A DNA stretch of 63,262 bases, counting the filler, from Reclinomonas americana ATCC 50394 (taxonomy: Eukaryota), in assembly GCA_048213135.1 (NCBI GenBank). It is 12 parts of 12 records of this genome, joined end to end, with 100 filler letters (N's around TTAATTAATTAA, not from the genome) between each part and the next. Parts side by side here need not be neighbours in the genome. Positions count along the whole stretch, not along the records: positions 16,495 to 30,787 come from AFZH01018897.1; positions 30,888 to 32,520 come from AFZH01018898.1; positions 32,621 to 34,237 come from AFZH01018899.1; positions 34,338 to 40,136 come from AFZH01018900.1; positions 40,237 to 51,736 come from AFZH01018901.1; 7 more parts are not named here. The stretch is one strand, 5' to 3'. The notes under the pieces were generated by a model. The model was not told the DNA's origin and did not search any database. It saw only the letters and a list, made by a program, of their open reading frames with translations. Shown in pieces: positions 28,901 through 42,156 of this stretch. Within the stretch, counting starts at the first letter, position 1. Each line of letters starts with the position of its first letter. The position numbers were made by a program, and so were the translations under genes.

Positions 28901-30787
28901 GCCAGTCGAAGACACGTCGCTTATGGAAGAAATCCGCTCCGCCATGGCGTCCATCAAGGCGGTGGAAGTCGACAATGAGCCCGTCCTGGCCCCGGCTCCG
29001 GTGCGTGCAAAGGGAAGCAGTGGCAGCGGCAATGTGGAGCCGCCACCGTCGGAACAGCCTCCTCCTCCTCCTGCTCCACGTGCGGCGGGTGCATCCGCCG
29101 AGTTGGAGGCTGATGCACTGCTGAGAAAGTCGTCGTCGGTCGCGTCGGCGGCGTTCTCAGAGGCTTCGTCACCCCCCTCACTGTCGACAGTGGATGCAAC
29201 GGCGCCGCCGGCACGTGATGTCGGCACTGCCGTCGCCCCCTTGTCGCTGTCCGCAATCACCGTGCAGATTCTCGATCCGCCACCCCCGGTCGCCGTCTCT
29301 GCGGCTCCTGCGCCCTCATCCTCGTCGTCTCTCAATCGCAAGCCGTCATCGTCGTTGCTGGTGCCGCCCTCTGATCCTACACTCACCGAGACGACCAAGC
29401 TGCGCGGTGGGCTCACGTGGAACTCGCCCGAAGTGGAACAATTGCTGGCGCGGTCAATTCACAAATGTTGCGTCGTGTCGGGGCGTGGGGCAGTGGTGGT
29501 GAAAGTGTCCGTCGCTGATGATAAAGCGCAGATGATTTCGATGACTCCGAGGCCTCGCCGTTCCTCACCCTTCGACCTCGCCGGCGACGGCGCGACTCGG
29601 TGGTGTCGGCGCGTCGGGACTCACTCGTATCTTCGCGACGCGAGTCGCTTGTGTCCTCACGACGGGATTCGTTACGTGGCGGTGCTGCTGCTGCTGGTGA
29701 TATGCAGCAGCAGGCTGCTGCAGCCGTGGCCGCAGTTGCAGCAGCATCGGCAGCAGCTTCGTCGGCTCGACCGCGAAAGTCGTCGCTGGTGACGGCTCCA
29801 CCGCCAGTGCCGGTTCCTCCGCGTTATCGTGGCCAGCTCAGCGTCGCTGTGGGAGCAGATGGTGGCGAGTCGTCGTCCGCGGTGGCACCGGAGGAGGCAT
29901 TCTCGCCGCCTTCAGAGCCGTGGATTGCGTTCTTGGCCAGTCAACGGCGACGTTCCATCTCCATGTCTGGGTTGGACGACCTGCCTGCAATTGCGGCGTT
30001 GGCCGAAGTCTCCAGTGACGACAGTGCCGCCTCGGCGGATGATGCGGACGGTGATTTGGTGGTCGATGCCGGTATGCTGGCATCACTGCCGCCTGTCACG
30101 GTGCCGAGGAAATTTGCCCAGCAGCAGCAGCAGCATCAGCAAGAAGCAGCTGTTGTTGGTGTTGTCGGTGACGGCGGTGTGAGCGCAGATGCATCGGCGG
30201 TGCGCAGCGATGTGCATGCAGTAGCCAGTGACGTGGTTTCGATACCGCCGTCTACTGGCGACTCGGCACCTGGTGTTCTTCCGCCGCCTGCTCGCCTGCG
30301 CGTGCGTTCGGCATTCCACTCGTCCACTCACGATCGCTTCATGTACCCGGCGGGCGGCAGCGGTTCTGCGGGTGGCACTGGACCGAGGTCTCCGTCGCCG
30401 AGCTCGCCCGTGTCGTCCCTTGCCTCGTCGCCAACATCGTCGTGGCGCATCACTCCCGATCGGCCGTGGAGCCGTGAGGTGCATGTTGCGGTGTTGAGCA
30501 CGGCCGACGACACGGATCTGGATGTTTCTGCGACCTCGCCGGCACTCTCGCCCACACCTCCACTTCCCGTTTCTGTTGTTGGTTCGGCGGCGGCGGCGGT
30601 GCCACCACCTCCACCTCCACCTCCGCCACCTCCGTCGCAGTCGAATTCGAGTGCGGCAGCCGTGGAGGTGCCGTTGCCGTCACCGCCGCGCCCCAAGCGC
30701 AAGCTTCGCGAAATTCCATTCGAGAGTCTGTCACCCGACGCGTCTGAGCGACGTAGACAACAACAACAACAACAACAGCAGCAGCAG
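25980..30787 (+). CDS. Large protein with two N-terminal PH-like domains and a long Ser/Pro-rich disordered tail (probably continues past the gap to ~31450)
   Basis: KTGYLF..WIVL..MLWF..IRSWITHV and KCGFL..KFCVL..FRVY..HWLSHM are PH-like signatures; long low-complexity exons follow. Confidence 0.6.
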
Positions 30788-31624
30788 NNNNNNNNNNNNN
30801 NNNNNNNNNNNNNNNNNNNNNNNNNNNNNNNTTAATTAATTAANNNNNNNNNNNNNNNNNNNNNNNNNNNNNNNNNNNNNNNNNNNNAAATGCTGGCATC
30901 AGTGGTGTTGACGTTGTCGGCACCGCAGGTTTGAAATCGCGCTCCGCTCCCACATCACCTTCACCTCGTCGGCGACAGGCCGGCGCATCGCCGTCGCCGC
31001 CGCCACGCCTGACCGTCCACCAATCGCCCCTGGATCCACCACGCTTCAACGGCGCCATCAATGCGATGGTGTCACCGCGAGGCCAGCCGCCACCACCAGC
31101 AACTGTGCCTGCTGCACCGTCGTCCGCACGCTTTACACTCGCCATTCCTCCGCAACCCGTCTCGGCACGTGGTGTTTCCAGCAACACAACGAGCAGCAAG
31201 ACGAATACACCACGAGGAAGTGTGTCGGCGCGCTCAACCGTGCCGTCGCCTCGCGTCCAGCCGTCACCGCGGGTGAGCGAGAAGCGAAGAATAGAGAGTA
31301 TCAGCGCATTCGTCTCACGCTACGTGCGTTTTTTTCTCCAGCTGTCAATGTCGCGCTCCTCAACTTCAGAACGTGTTGTCAAGGCACTCGGCAACAGCTC
31401 ATCCGCATCGTCACGCGGCGGTCGATTGTTGCGTGCTCCTCGTCGCTGATGGTTGATTGTGTGTGCGTTCGACTCACTTTTGCTGGGTGCGGTGCAGAGC
31501 TGGACGCGGTGCGGCAGCCAGTGTTTCAAAGAAATAATCTCTCTTTCCATCTCTCCATTCACCACCAATCACTGTTAATTCACCACGATAAACCTTCCTG
31601 TTCACTACCGCCCTAATGGACTAT

Positions 31625-34237
31625 CTATCGTACTGACGGTGCTCTGTCATTCATCTTGCGCAACACCTCGGCAATCGTTCCGCCTGCGCACCGAAAGTCA
31701 GTGAGTGAGTGAATAGGAAAGAAATGCGCAGTGTGAAAGACATGACGCGCCTCCGTAGCAGTCGGGAAGGGGTTCGACTCGGGTTTTCTGATTCGCGACA
31801 CGCATCGATACGTGGTAGTCGTTGAGAGCACGAGCGCGATAGCCCTGCGCAAGAGACACACCAACACCACTGAGTTGCATGTGATAAACCGAGACCAGTT
31901 CGTCGTATGCACAAGCAAACCTGCTGCCAGTGGATGTGTGCGCGCCCCATGAGAGCATTTGATGGATTGGAGGCGTAGGCCGCAGCCGACGTGAGATCCA
32001 GCTTTGCAAGTTCCACGTTGCCCATGCGCTGATTCACCAACGCCCGGTGCTCAAACGCTCCAGAGTGCCGACCATTCAAACCAATGGCGCGGTTGAAGTC
32101 GCCGAGTGCGGCGTGATCGCGACCGAGTTTCCAAAACGCCTGGCCACGCGCGTCGTACAGATCGGCATTGCGGCCGCCTTCCAGCTGCAGGGCAGCGGAA
32201 TAGTCCTGAATGGCAAGCTCCACTTGCTCTGTGTCTCCAATGGCCATGCGCGCCTGCCCACACACAACTGAGGACAAAGGTGCACACACAGCATGCCGAC
32301 ATACACTAACCTGTGCCCGTCCAACATGTGCATCAAAGCGCTGCTCCACAGTGGCCTGTTCGCCGAGTGCCAGAACCTGCGTAAAGTCCTCGCAAGCCTG
32401 GAAGTGGTGTTCGGTGTTGGCGAACACGTGCGCGCGACCGAGGAGAGTAGGGATGTGGTGCGGCTCGCGACGCAGCAGACGCGTGTAATCGGTGAGGGCA
32501 CGCTGCGACGGGGGGGGGGGNNNNNNNNNNNNNNNNNNNNNNNNNNNNNNNNNNNNNNNNNNNNTTAATTAATTAANNNNNNNNNNNNNNNNNNNNNNNN
32601 NNNNNNNNNNNNNNNNNNNNCACAGCGCACCATAAGCGAGTGTTAGTGTGGAGAAGAGAGAGTCAGAGAGAGAGTGAGCATTGGTTGTACCTGCACGTGG
32701 CCGACTTTTCGTCGCAGTTCGGCCCGGTCGAACACCGCCGTGAACCACTCGTTGGTGAAGGGACCACCGGGTTCGTGGGGTCCGACAATTGGGTCCGGTG
32801 GCGGTCTGCTGCCATCTGAGGCCATTTCTTGGGCCTCGGCGGCGATCCACGGTGCCTCGAACAAGTCAATCGCATGCGAATAGTCATCGATCGCCAGCGC
32901 CTGCCACACCACAACAACATCAGTTGGAAACCCGCTGCGCACTACATGGCATTGACACTGCAAACCTCCATGCGTCCGAGCAAGTTGCGCGTGATGGCGC
33001 GTCCCAGCCACGCTTCAGGGTTCTTCGGCTCGATCGTAAGAACACGGGTGTACTCTGTGTGCGGTCACAATCAGTTAGAGCACACGTGGTCACCGTCATC
33101 GCAAGGGAGAATGACACACCCTTTTCGGCGTCCACACGACGGCCACAGCTGCGTAGCAAGTGAGCTCGGCTCAGCAGTAGTCCCTTGTCGACCTTGGCAA
33201 CTGCACTCATGAAAGGGCATGATGAGTAAGTGTGGCGACAGAGAGCCATTATTGTGAACGGTGCAGCGGACGCAACATCCCACACGCTCCGCCAATTGCA
33301 CAGCTCGGTCGTACTCCAACAGTGCCTCATCTCTTCGCTGAAGAGTAATCAACACCACGGCACGCAGCGCGTGCGCGTTGGCATCGGAGCCACACTCCTC
33401 CGACATCTCCATCGCCATGTCAATGTCGACGAGCGCTGCGGGAGCCTGCCCAGAGGCCAGCAGCAGAGCCGCACGAATCATCAGAACCTCCGATGTCACT
33501 GCGCCGAGTCCAATGGCCAACTGCGCGCAAAGAGTGTGAGTGGGTGATACGACGGAGCAGCAGCCAACGGCATGGTGGACGAAACATTGGCGTCGGCGTA
33601 CGCAGCCGCCGAGTCGCCGAGAGCCTGGTGGGCGCGCGCTCGTGCCTCAAGGGCCTACACACAGTGACGAGTGCGAGTGAGGGAGTGCAAGATACTTACT
33701 GCAAGCACACACGTACTCAAGTATGCACACACCTCGGGATGATTCGGTTTCAGTTTCAGCAGGTCCGAAGCCAGCTCGCGCACTTGATACATGTCACCCT
33801 GCACGTCGCATTGCCGCATGCTAGCGAGCAACTCGCTCACCTCCGTGTCTGTGAGCAGCGACAGGGGGGTGAGTTACGGAAGGGGCGCAAACCGAGATTT
33901 TCGTCAAACGCACTGAGTTCGTCTTCCTCCGAGTCATAGTCCTCCTCATCCTCTTGTTGCTCCAGCGGGTCGGCGACGCTGACGTGCACCATGTCGGCAT
34001 CCGTAACATTCACTGCAATGGGTGGTGGCGGTGGAGGAAGCGAGCGGCGCGCCGGAGCGAGCGGACTGAGCTCGGCGACGCCAGCGTCGCTGGTCTCCGC
34101 CATGCGCACTCGCCGAATACGTCCAGAACGCGGTGAGATTTCCCCATCCCGTGGAGACGGGCGCGGCTGTTGTGTGTCCCCAGCATCGGCGGTCTGCTGT
34201 TGTTGCTGTTGCAGCTGTTGCTGTTGCTGCTGCTGCT
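31625..34237 (-). CDS. Multi-TPR protein (interrupted by the gap at 32521-32620; N-terminus in the next gap)
   Basis: AIQDYSAALQL..YDARGQ..ALGDFNRAIGL, AIDDYSHAIDL and ALLEYDRAVQL helical repeats. Confidence 0.75.
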
Positions 34238-34337
34238 NNNNNNNNNNNNNNNNNNNNNNNNNNNNNNNNNNNNNNNNNNNNTTAATTAATTAANNNNNNN
34301 NNNNNNNNNNNNNNNNNNNNNNNNNNNNNNNNNNNNN

Positions 34338-35669
34338 GGGGGGCAAAAGAAAGGGAGTGGATCGTGCCTGCAGAATGCGTGACCGTCTGCACAGGAACAT
34401 CGGCACGGGCTACTTTGGTTGCCGCACGAGCGAAGGCCAGTTCGATCCCGACATGTTCACCAAGACCGCCAGCCAGCCGCAAGTCAAGATGATTGAGATC
34501 AAGCTGAGTCAGGGCGCCAAGCCCGGTCACGGTGGCGTGCTGCCCGGCACCAAGGTGACGCCCGAGATTGCCGAGGCCCGTGGCGTCAAGGTCGGCGAGG
34601 ACTGCAACTCGCCACCGCGCCACAGCGCGTTCACCGGACCGCGTGGACTCGTCGAGTTTATCGCCCGTCTGCGCGAGTTGTCCGGCGGCAAGCCCATCGG
34701 CTTCAAGCTGTGCCTCGGTCGGCCGGAGGAGTTTACGGCTGTCGTGCACGCCATGCTGGTGAGTGGTCGGTGGGAAATACAGTGTGTGGTGGTGGTCGGC
34801 ATGATACTCACACGGGAGCAGGAACTCAACACGTACCCCGACTTTATCACTGTCGACGGTGGTGAGGGTGGCACGGGCGCTGCGCCGCCCGAGTTCAGCA
34901 ATCACGTGGGCACGCCACTCGTGGAGGCTCTGTCGTTTGTCGACAATGTGTTGGAGGGTGCCGGTGTGCGTGGCCAGGTGAGCATGTGATGATGATGAGG
35001 GTGGTGATGGCTCCTCGCTTCCGCTGACGATCGTGCGCAGGTCAAGCTGATTGCCTCTGGAAAAATCCTCTCCGGCTTCTCCGTCGTGCGCACGCTGGCG
35101 CTGGGTGCCGACGTGTGCAACTCGGCTCGCGCCATGATGTTCGCGCTCGGATGCATCCAGGCACTCAAGTGCAACACCAATCGCTGGTGAGTTTCAGCAC
35201 TGCAGTGTCGCGATATTGTTACTATTGTCATTCACGTGCGCGCGCGCCTCAGCCCGACTGGTATCGCCACACAAGACCCCGAGCTGATGAAGGGTCTCGT
35301 GCCCGGCGACAAGGCCGAGCGTGTGGAGCGCTACCACAAGAAGACCATCAAGTCCGCGATTGAGCTGATCGGTTCGTCGCATGCAGTCTCTCCTCACGCA
35401 GATCCACCCTCCGCGCTCATCCCTCTCTGACAGGAGCCATTGGACTCAACTCCCCCGAGCTGCTGCGCCCGGAGCATGTGATGCGCCGAGTCAGCTCCAC
35501 TCGCGTGGCGTCGTACGCCGAGCAGTACCCGCGTGTGGCCACCGGCTGCTTGCGGACGGGCCAGGGACCGACGGCACTGCAGTCGGCGTGGGAAGCCGGC
35601 TACAAGCTGCTGCACCCGCCACCGTGCATGAATGCCCCGCACATGCTCGAGTCGTCCACCAGTGCGTAG
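34338..35669 (+). CDS. FMN-binding glutamate synthase family protein (stand-alone YerD-like type), N-terminus in the gap
   Basis: NIGTGYFGCR, IEIKLSQGAKPGHGG, PDFITVDGGEGGTGAAP, and Fe-S motif GCIQALKCNTNRCPTGIATQD. Confidence 0.9.
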
Positions 35670-35849
35670 TCGCACACTCCTCCCCTGTTCCTCTTGTTCC
35701 GCACGACTCACTTCGTTACCACAGCTCGCATCATCGCCGCCTGAGACCGCTCAGACAGACCAGACCGCATATGGAGTGTCTTTTTGTTCTCTACTTGTCC
35801 TCACACGTGCATAATAAAGCCTCACAAAACAACACAGTCTGAATTTCAC

Positions 35850-37172
35850 TTACTCGTCCGTCTCTGTCAGTTCGTCCTCGTGCAGCCAGGCCGGATCGCT
35901 CAGGTCGCAATTGCCGCCGCACAGCACCACACCGACACTGCTCGGCGGGGTGAATAACAAATCGCTGTCTTGCTCTCGTGATACAGAAAGAAAAACTCAC
36001 CGGCGCACGTGCGGATGACGACGACAGAAATCCGCAAATGCCTTGGTCTGCGTCACGGCCACGCCCACACCAGCACTCGGCTCGATAACCTGCGTGACAG
36101 GGTGAGCGAACATGATGAGGCTCGTGAAGTGAAAAACAAAGGGCGTACCAGCTTCATGCGCTCGCCAACCAGCCGCATACACCTCGCAATGCTGCGCTCC
36201 GACACACAAATCACCTCGTCGACCTGATCACGAATCACAGGCCACGTCAGGTCGCCCAGCGACGTTCGCAGACCACTGCAGGGGGCACGGTGAGATGATG
36301 TGCACAAACAGAATTCGCACACCAACACCAACGCAACTCGGCAATCGTCTGCGGATTCGTCTGCGGCTGCCGCTCGCCACACTGCTTGCCACGCCACGCA
36401 TCATCGGCACCCCGCGGCTCCGCACCAATCACCAAAATCGACGGCTTGATCGCCTTGGCCGCAATGGTGATGCCCGAAATCAGGCCACCGCCACCAATCG
36501 GCGCAATGATGCAGTCCAAGTCGGGCGCCTGCTCCAGCATCTCCACCGCAATCGTGCCCTGCCCGGCAATCACATCGGCATGATCAAACGGCGGAATCAT
36601 TGTCGCACCCGTGCGCTCCACAATCTCCCGCGCCGCCGCCTCTCGACTCTCCAACGTCGGCACACACTCCGTGATGGTCACCCACTCGCCAAACCGCTGC
36701 GTCGCCCTTCGCTTGATCGCCGGCGCCGTTGTCGGCATCACAATGAACGCCGGAATGCCTCGATCGGCCGCCGCGCATGCCAGTGCCTGCGCGTGGTTCC
36801 CCGACGAGTGCGTCACCACTCCGCGCTTGGCCTCCTCATCGGAGAGCCGCAGCACGGCGTTGTAGGCACCGCGGACCTTGAAGACACCGCACTGTGTGTG
36901 TGGAGGCATGCATTGTCAGCCTCTCGTCGACGAGCGTGTATGTGTCGATGCGCACCTTTTGCAGGTTCTCGCACTTGAAGAGCACCTCCACTGGTGCCGA
37001 GGCCATGGACGACATCTGCATGTGTGGTGGTGGTGGTGAGATGACAGTGATGAGTGTCTCTCTCTCTCTCTCTGCATACCTCACGCGATGGCAGCAGCGG
37101 AGTCACATGCACAATGTCGCGCACACGCTCATGCGCAGCACGCACATCGTCGAGTGTCACACAGGCGGCCAT
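35850..37172 (-). CDS. PLP-dependent serine racemase / threonine dehydratase family protein
   Basis: FKCENLQKCGVFKVRGA, HSSGNHAQA, IAGQGT, GGGGL, TIADGL, IEPSAG and LCGGN motifs. Confidence 0.93.
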
Positions 37173-37370
37173 GAGAAGTGTAAAGAGTGCGCTCGCGACA
37201 AGTGCGTGTTTGTCTTGTCATCAATCACTCTGCGTTCTGCGCAAAAGGTGCGTCGTCTTTCCGCCTCTGCATGCAAACTGCTGGCGTTCCTCTGACTTTA
37301 TGTCGCACACACACACAGCGTCTCTTGTCTCTCTCTGTCTGTGTGTGTGTTCTCTTGTCGCGCATTTGCC

Positions 37371-38178
37371 ATGTCCGCCGCCCCCGACGCCGCCTCATCA
37401 TCGTCTGCACTCTCCCCGCACATTCAGGTAAAAAAGCAGCAAGAGAGAGAGAGAGAGGCAGACAGAGAGAGAGAGAGAGTGACATCTTCTCTCGCGTGCA
37501 AATGAGCATGCTCAACTTGGTTTATGCATGCATGCATGCATGCAAGCTGTCTTGCTGACTCTCTCTGTGTGTGTGCTGTTGTCTCTGAATGATCAGGTGT
37601 CGTCGCAACGACGACCATTGACGTATGTGATCCGCGCGGAGAGGGTTCTGCAGGAGTTTGACACGCTGGAGATCTCGGGACTGGGAATCGGTATGTCGTT
37701 GTTGTTGTCTCTCATTGCCAGCGTGAGTGAGAGACCGCTCACTGTGATGATCAACGAAGCAATCAACACGGTGGTCTCTGCTGCGGAGATGATCAAGAAG
37801 AAGGGATACGCCACCGTCTCTGGTGCGTAGGTGGACCACACAGGCCTTCGTTGTTGTTGGACTTCTCCTCTCCTTCTTCCCCTGTCCTTCTTCTCCCTCT
37901 CCCTCTTCTCCTCCTGCTTCCCTCATCCTTCTTCCTCGGTGCAGGCATTGAGACGTCGCTGGTGAGCAGTGAGGAGAAGGGAGAGCAGAAGCCAAAGATT
38001 GTGGTGCGCATGCACCGCGCACCAGGCTTCGCCGAGCAGCTGGCCATCCAGACTGCCAAGCAGGCCGAGAAGAAGGTTTGTTGATTGTCTCGCATGCCCG
38101 ATCGATGATGGCCTTGTTCATTGTTTTCTGCTGCAGAAGGCGGCTGAAGCTGCTGCTGCCGCTGCTGGCGACGCCTAA
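37371..38178 (+). CDS. Alba DNA/RNA-binding protein (5 exons)
   Basis: Spliced IQVSSQRRPLTYV..LEISGLGIAINTVVSAAEMIKKKGYATVSGIETSLV..KPKIVVRM. Confidence 0.88.
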
Positions 38179-38570
38179 AGTCGCTTGCAGAAGCCAAGGA
38201 GCGAGACTGTTGAACAATTTGCTCTTTCCCTCTTGTCTGCCACCATCATCACTGCTCTTCCCCCCTTCTCTCTGTAGCGACGCGACGCCCCACCCCTCTC
38301 TTTGTGTGCAGGCAGCACTTATGGTCACTCCTAGGTGCTGCTGCATTACTTCTCCATCCCTTATCGTCTCTTTGCCGTCGCCGTCCTGTGCCGGACGATT
38401 TCCCCCCGCCCCACCCTCTTCACCGTCTCTGCTTCTTTAGTTCAATAAAGAAACACAATTACCACAATCTTTTCTTTTTTTACTTCAACAGCACCATTGA
38501 CACGCCACATGAACAACAACATCAACAACAATGATTACAACGGGATGGCGACAAGTGGTGAGATCGCGCC

Positions 38571-40586
38571 TTACGGTCTCTCCACCGTCACGCGCAGACC
38601 ACTGGCTTGCCCGACGTACGTTGCTGCAGGTGAATGAGGCGGGGGGTGTGGCGACTGCGCACCGCCCGGTAATGATGGCGGTGCGAGCAGAGGCTGCGGC
38701 GCTGCGCCTGTGACCACCGTGTTCTCTTCGGCAGCTTCGGCGCCCGCCGGCCACACACTGCTCGTGTAGGCCACGATTTCCGCACGGCACACCGGGCACT
38801 TGTCCACGTGCTGGAAGCACTCGTGGCACACGCAGTGATGCCTGCACGGCAGCAGCGTGATGCGCGGTGGATCCGTGAGACAGATGGTGCACACGTGGTC
38901 CTCCTGCCCTGGATCCTTCTCGAAGCCATACACATCCTGCGTACCGGGTGTGAGGAGGAAGAACACGCACTGGAGGAAGAAGAGTTTCGACCGACGCAAC
39001 GTGCACTTCGTAGGCACCGAATGGCACACAAACAACATGCTTCACCTCGGCCACACGCAACGGAGCGGTGGCGGTGCCTCCGTCGAACCACACAAAGTAG
39101 AGCACGCATTCGACATCAGCGCAAATCTCCCGCAAGTCGTCGGCCACACCGGACAAGCGCGCCGACGGAGCCGGGGTGTACATGGCGGGCTGTTGTGGTG
39201 CTGGTCGGTGTCGTGCACTGCTGGCTGACACCTCGGCAGGCGGCGGTGCATCTTTTCTGAGCAGAATCACCAGCGGAACAGCCACATTCAAATCGAGGCT
39301 CGCCAGTGCATCCACACGCGGTCGTTCGTGTTGCGGCAGCACGAATCGGTGTCGGCCATGCGAGAAGCTACAGATGATGGGGAAGGTCAGAAGACATGAA
39401 CCACACACACGACTCCCGCCACTCTCGCCACTCAACTATCTCCGATCGCCCGCGGCGCGGAACTCTTGCGGCAAGAAGAACGGATAGCCCGAGTGCACCA
39501 CAGCCTCGTCCACCGACGGTCCATCGGAAAACACACTCATCTCCACGTCCGTCTTGGGTGCCGGAGCACCGCCCTTCTTGTGACCGCTGCCACCGCCGCT
39601 GCGCGAGCCGTGACTATGCCGACCATCACCACCTCCGCCAACGCCCGCACCACTGCTGCTGCTGCTTCCGCCCTTGTCCTTGCCTGCGGGCGAGGCAGCC
39701 TGCTGCGCCTCCAAGTAATCAGTCAACCGACGCTGTCCCTCGCGCGACAGCTGATGCCGATGTCGTTCGACAGCCGCCAGCGTCACTCCCCAAAACACCT
39801 CCAGCACCACCGGCACGTCACACAAGAACTCGAACGACAAGTCCACGGCGCCTGCAATGCGCGTTCGTGAATACAACAAGGAACCATGTCTCCAAACAAA
39901 GAAAACACGGCATCACGAACCCTCACTCGGCGACATTCCCGCACTCAGCGACGACTTGCGCAGTCTCGCAAAGCTAAACAAGCGCAGCATCTCCGACGGT
40001 GGAATGCGTGCACGATGGTTGCGCACGACCTGCATCACCTGCGATCGAACATTGCCGACCGCCGGTCCACCGGCCACGTTGGAGGCCACACCGAGAGGCA
40101 CAATCTGAGGGTGGATGGGAGGGGTGAGGGCGCAGANNNNNNNNNNNNNNNNNNNNNNNNNNNNNNNNNNNNNNNNNNNNTTAATTAATTAANNNNNNNN
40201 NNNNNNNNNNNNNNNNNNNNNNNNNNNNNNNNNNNNTCTCCCTCTCTCTCGCTCTCCTGCTTACCTGATTGCTTCGCAAGGCACTCCTCAGCTCCATGAG
40301 AGCGCACGTCTGTCGCGCCAGTCGAAACAACCAAAACACCAGCAGACTCGCAATCACCAGCACGAAAAAGTTCTGGATCTCCGGCTGCACCGGCACAAAG
40401 TTCTCCTGTATACACACACAAGCGAGAGACAGAGAGTGAGAGTGAGTGGGGAGCGAGAGAGAGAGAGCGATGACCATGTCCGCTCTCTTCCTTCTCTCTT
40501 GTCTCACTGTGTGAGTGGAAGTGCGTGTGTGTGTGTGTGTGTGAATCGCCTCTCCAACGCACTAGTGCTGCAGCAGTGCCCGCCAT
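38571..40586 (-). CDS. C3HC4 RING E3 ligase (MGRN1/CGRRF1-like), probably with an N-terminal TM exon across the gap
   Basis: YEVHDVYGFE followed by CTICL..LLPCRHHCVCHEC..CPVCR. Same-strand hydrophobic exon FFVLVIASLLVFWLF at 40260-40410 lies beyond the gap; the link between the two parts is inferred. Confidence 0.7.
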
Positions 40587-40977
40587 TTTCTCACAACGAC
40601 GACGAGAGAATCGTTCGGCCAACAAGTCTGTTCTCTTCTCCTCTCTCTCTCCAGAGATACACACACGCTCAGAGAGAGGCACACACACACAGTGCGCTCA
40701 CGGCGACACAACGAAGCAAGCGAGGATGAACCGACAAGGACACTGGGACACTCGAGTAACAAGAATCACTTCGTTGCGACGCGATGAAGAACTACTACGA
40801 TGGTGCGTTGACAAGCACACGCACATACACTCACATAATGCCCTGTCTCTCTGTGCGCACGCACGCACGCAGAGAGGAAGAAAAGAGCGATGATTGCTGA
40901 TTTACGCGCGCGTTTTTTTTTTCTGTTCTCTCTCTTTTCTCTTCTCTTCTCTCTTGTGCTCAGTGGTTGCCAACACG

Positions 40978-42085
40978 ATGACTTCGGCGCCGTTTGTGGC
41001 GTTTGCGGTGAGCGACAATGACCCGCAGTCGCAGGCGATTATTGATCATGCGATTGGCGCGGAGCCACAGCTCGAGTGGATTGCGTGTCAGCAAGGGCCG
41101 CACTCGATGCTGCTCTTCCTGCTCCTCTCGCCCTTTATTGTGTGCGTGTACTTGCTGGCGTTCTTCTTCACGTGGACGGTGAAGGTGAGGGGGAAAGAGC
41201 AGGGGGAGAGAGGGTGAAGGCAGACGTGGAGCGTATGAAGCAGCGACGAGAGGGATTGGAGAAGAAGGGGGAGAAAGAGACTGAAAACGTTAGCAAGCGA
41301 GGCCTTGAGAGGCTGGAGAAGAACGAAAGATCGGGAAAGGCAGTGTGAGCGACTGGGAACAGCACCTTGAGAGCTGGAAAAGGCGACAAGAGACTGGAGA
41401 AGAAGGGGGGAGAAAGAGACTGAGAACGTCAGCAAGCGAGACCTTGAGAGGCTGGAGAAGAACGTGTAACTGGGAACAGCACATTAAGAGACTGAGAGGG
41501 TTTGAAAGAAGGGAGAGAACGAGACTGTGAACAGTACCTTGAGAGACTGAGAAGGACTGAGAAGGAGGAATGTAGGAGTCGCGGACGACAGCAAGTAAGA
41601 CGTGAATGACCACGCTGGGTATAGCAGGAGAAGAAGGGAGATCGAGGCACCATCAACGACTGAGGAGGCAACGTGCAGAAGAACTGGTTGGGTGTCTTAC
41701 CTTCATTTGTTTCTTCGCCCATCGTCAGGTCTTCTTCCACCACCCGTGCTGGCTGATCACCGTGCCACTGCTGGCACTGCTGACGCTGCTGGTGGCGCCA
41801 CTGAACCTGCTGGTGCACTTTTGCCGGTGGAGCTGGAAGCTGTCGGCGTGGACACGCCGCCTCGGCACCATGTGCAAGCTGATTTGCGCCTGCTGCATGG
41901 TGCCGCACCCGCCAGAGTTCTACAGTCGCAGCAGCAGCAGCAGCAGTGCGAGTCGACGAGCGGCCGCGAAGAAGGCGGCTGCGGCGAAGGAGCCGACGGA
42001 TATCCGCACGGCGAACAGGAGAGTACCGCCACTGGAGAAGCCGTACACCAGCACCCCCGGCGATCAGCACAGTTTGCTCTTGTAA
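40978..42085 (+). CDS. Small hypothetical membrane protein with one unusually long intron (41185-41728)
   Basis: AAG|GTGAGG..TCAG|GTC joins two hydrophobic exons in frame (..FFFTWTVK|VFFHHPCWLI..). Confidence 0.55.
41258..41550. repeat. Purine-rich degenerate direct repeats inside an intron
   Basis: A ~68 nt unit GGAGAAGAAGGGGGAGAAAGAGACTGA..GGCTGGAGAAGAACG at ~41258 and ~41396; three copies of ACTG(G/T)GAACAG(C/T)AC.TT.AGAG. Confidence 0.8.
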
Positions 42086-42156
42086 AGAAAAATACTCGCG
42101 CGCGCGCGTTTTTTGTCTCTCTTCTTCTTCTGTCGTGTGAACGCGACAACAACAAC

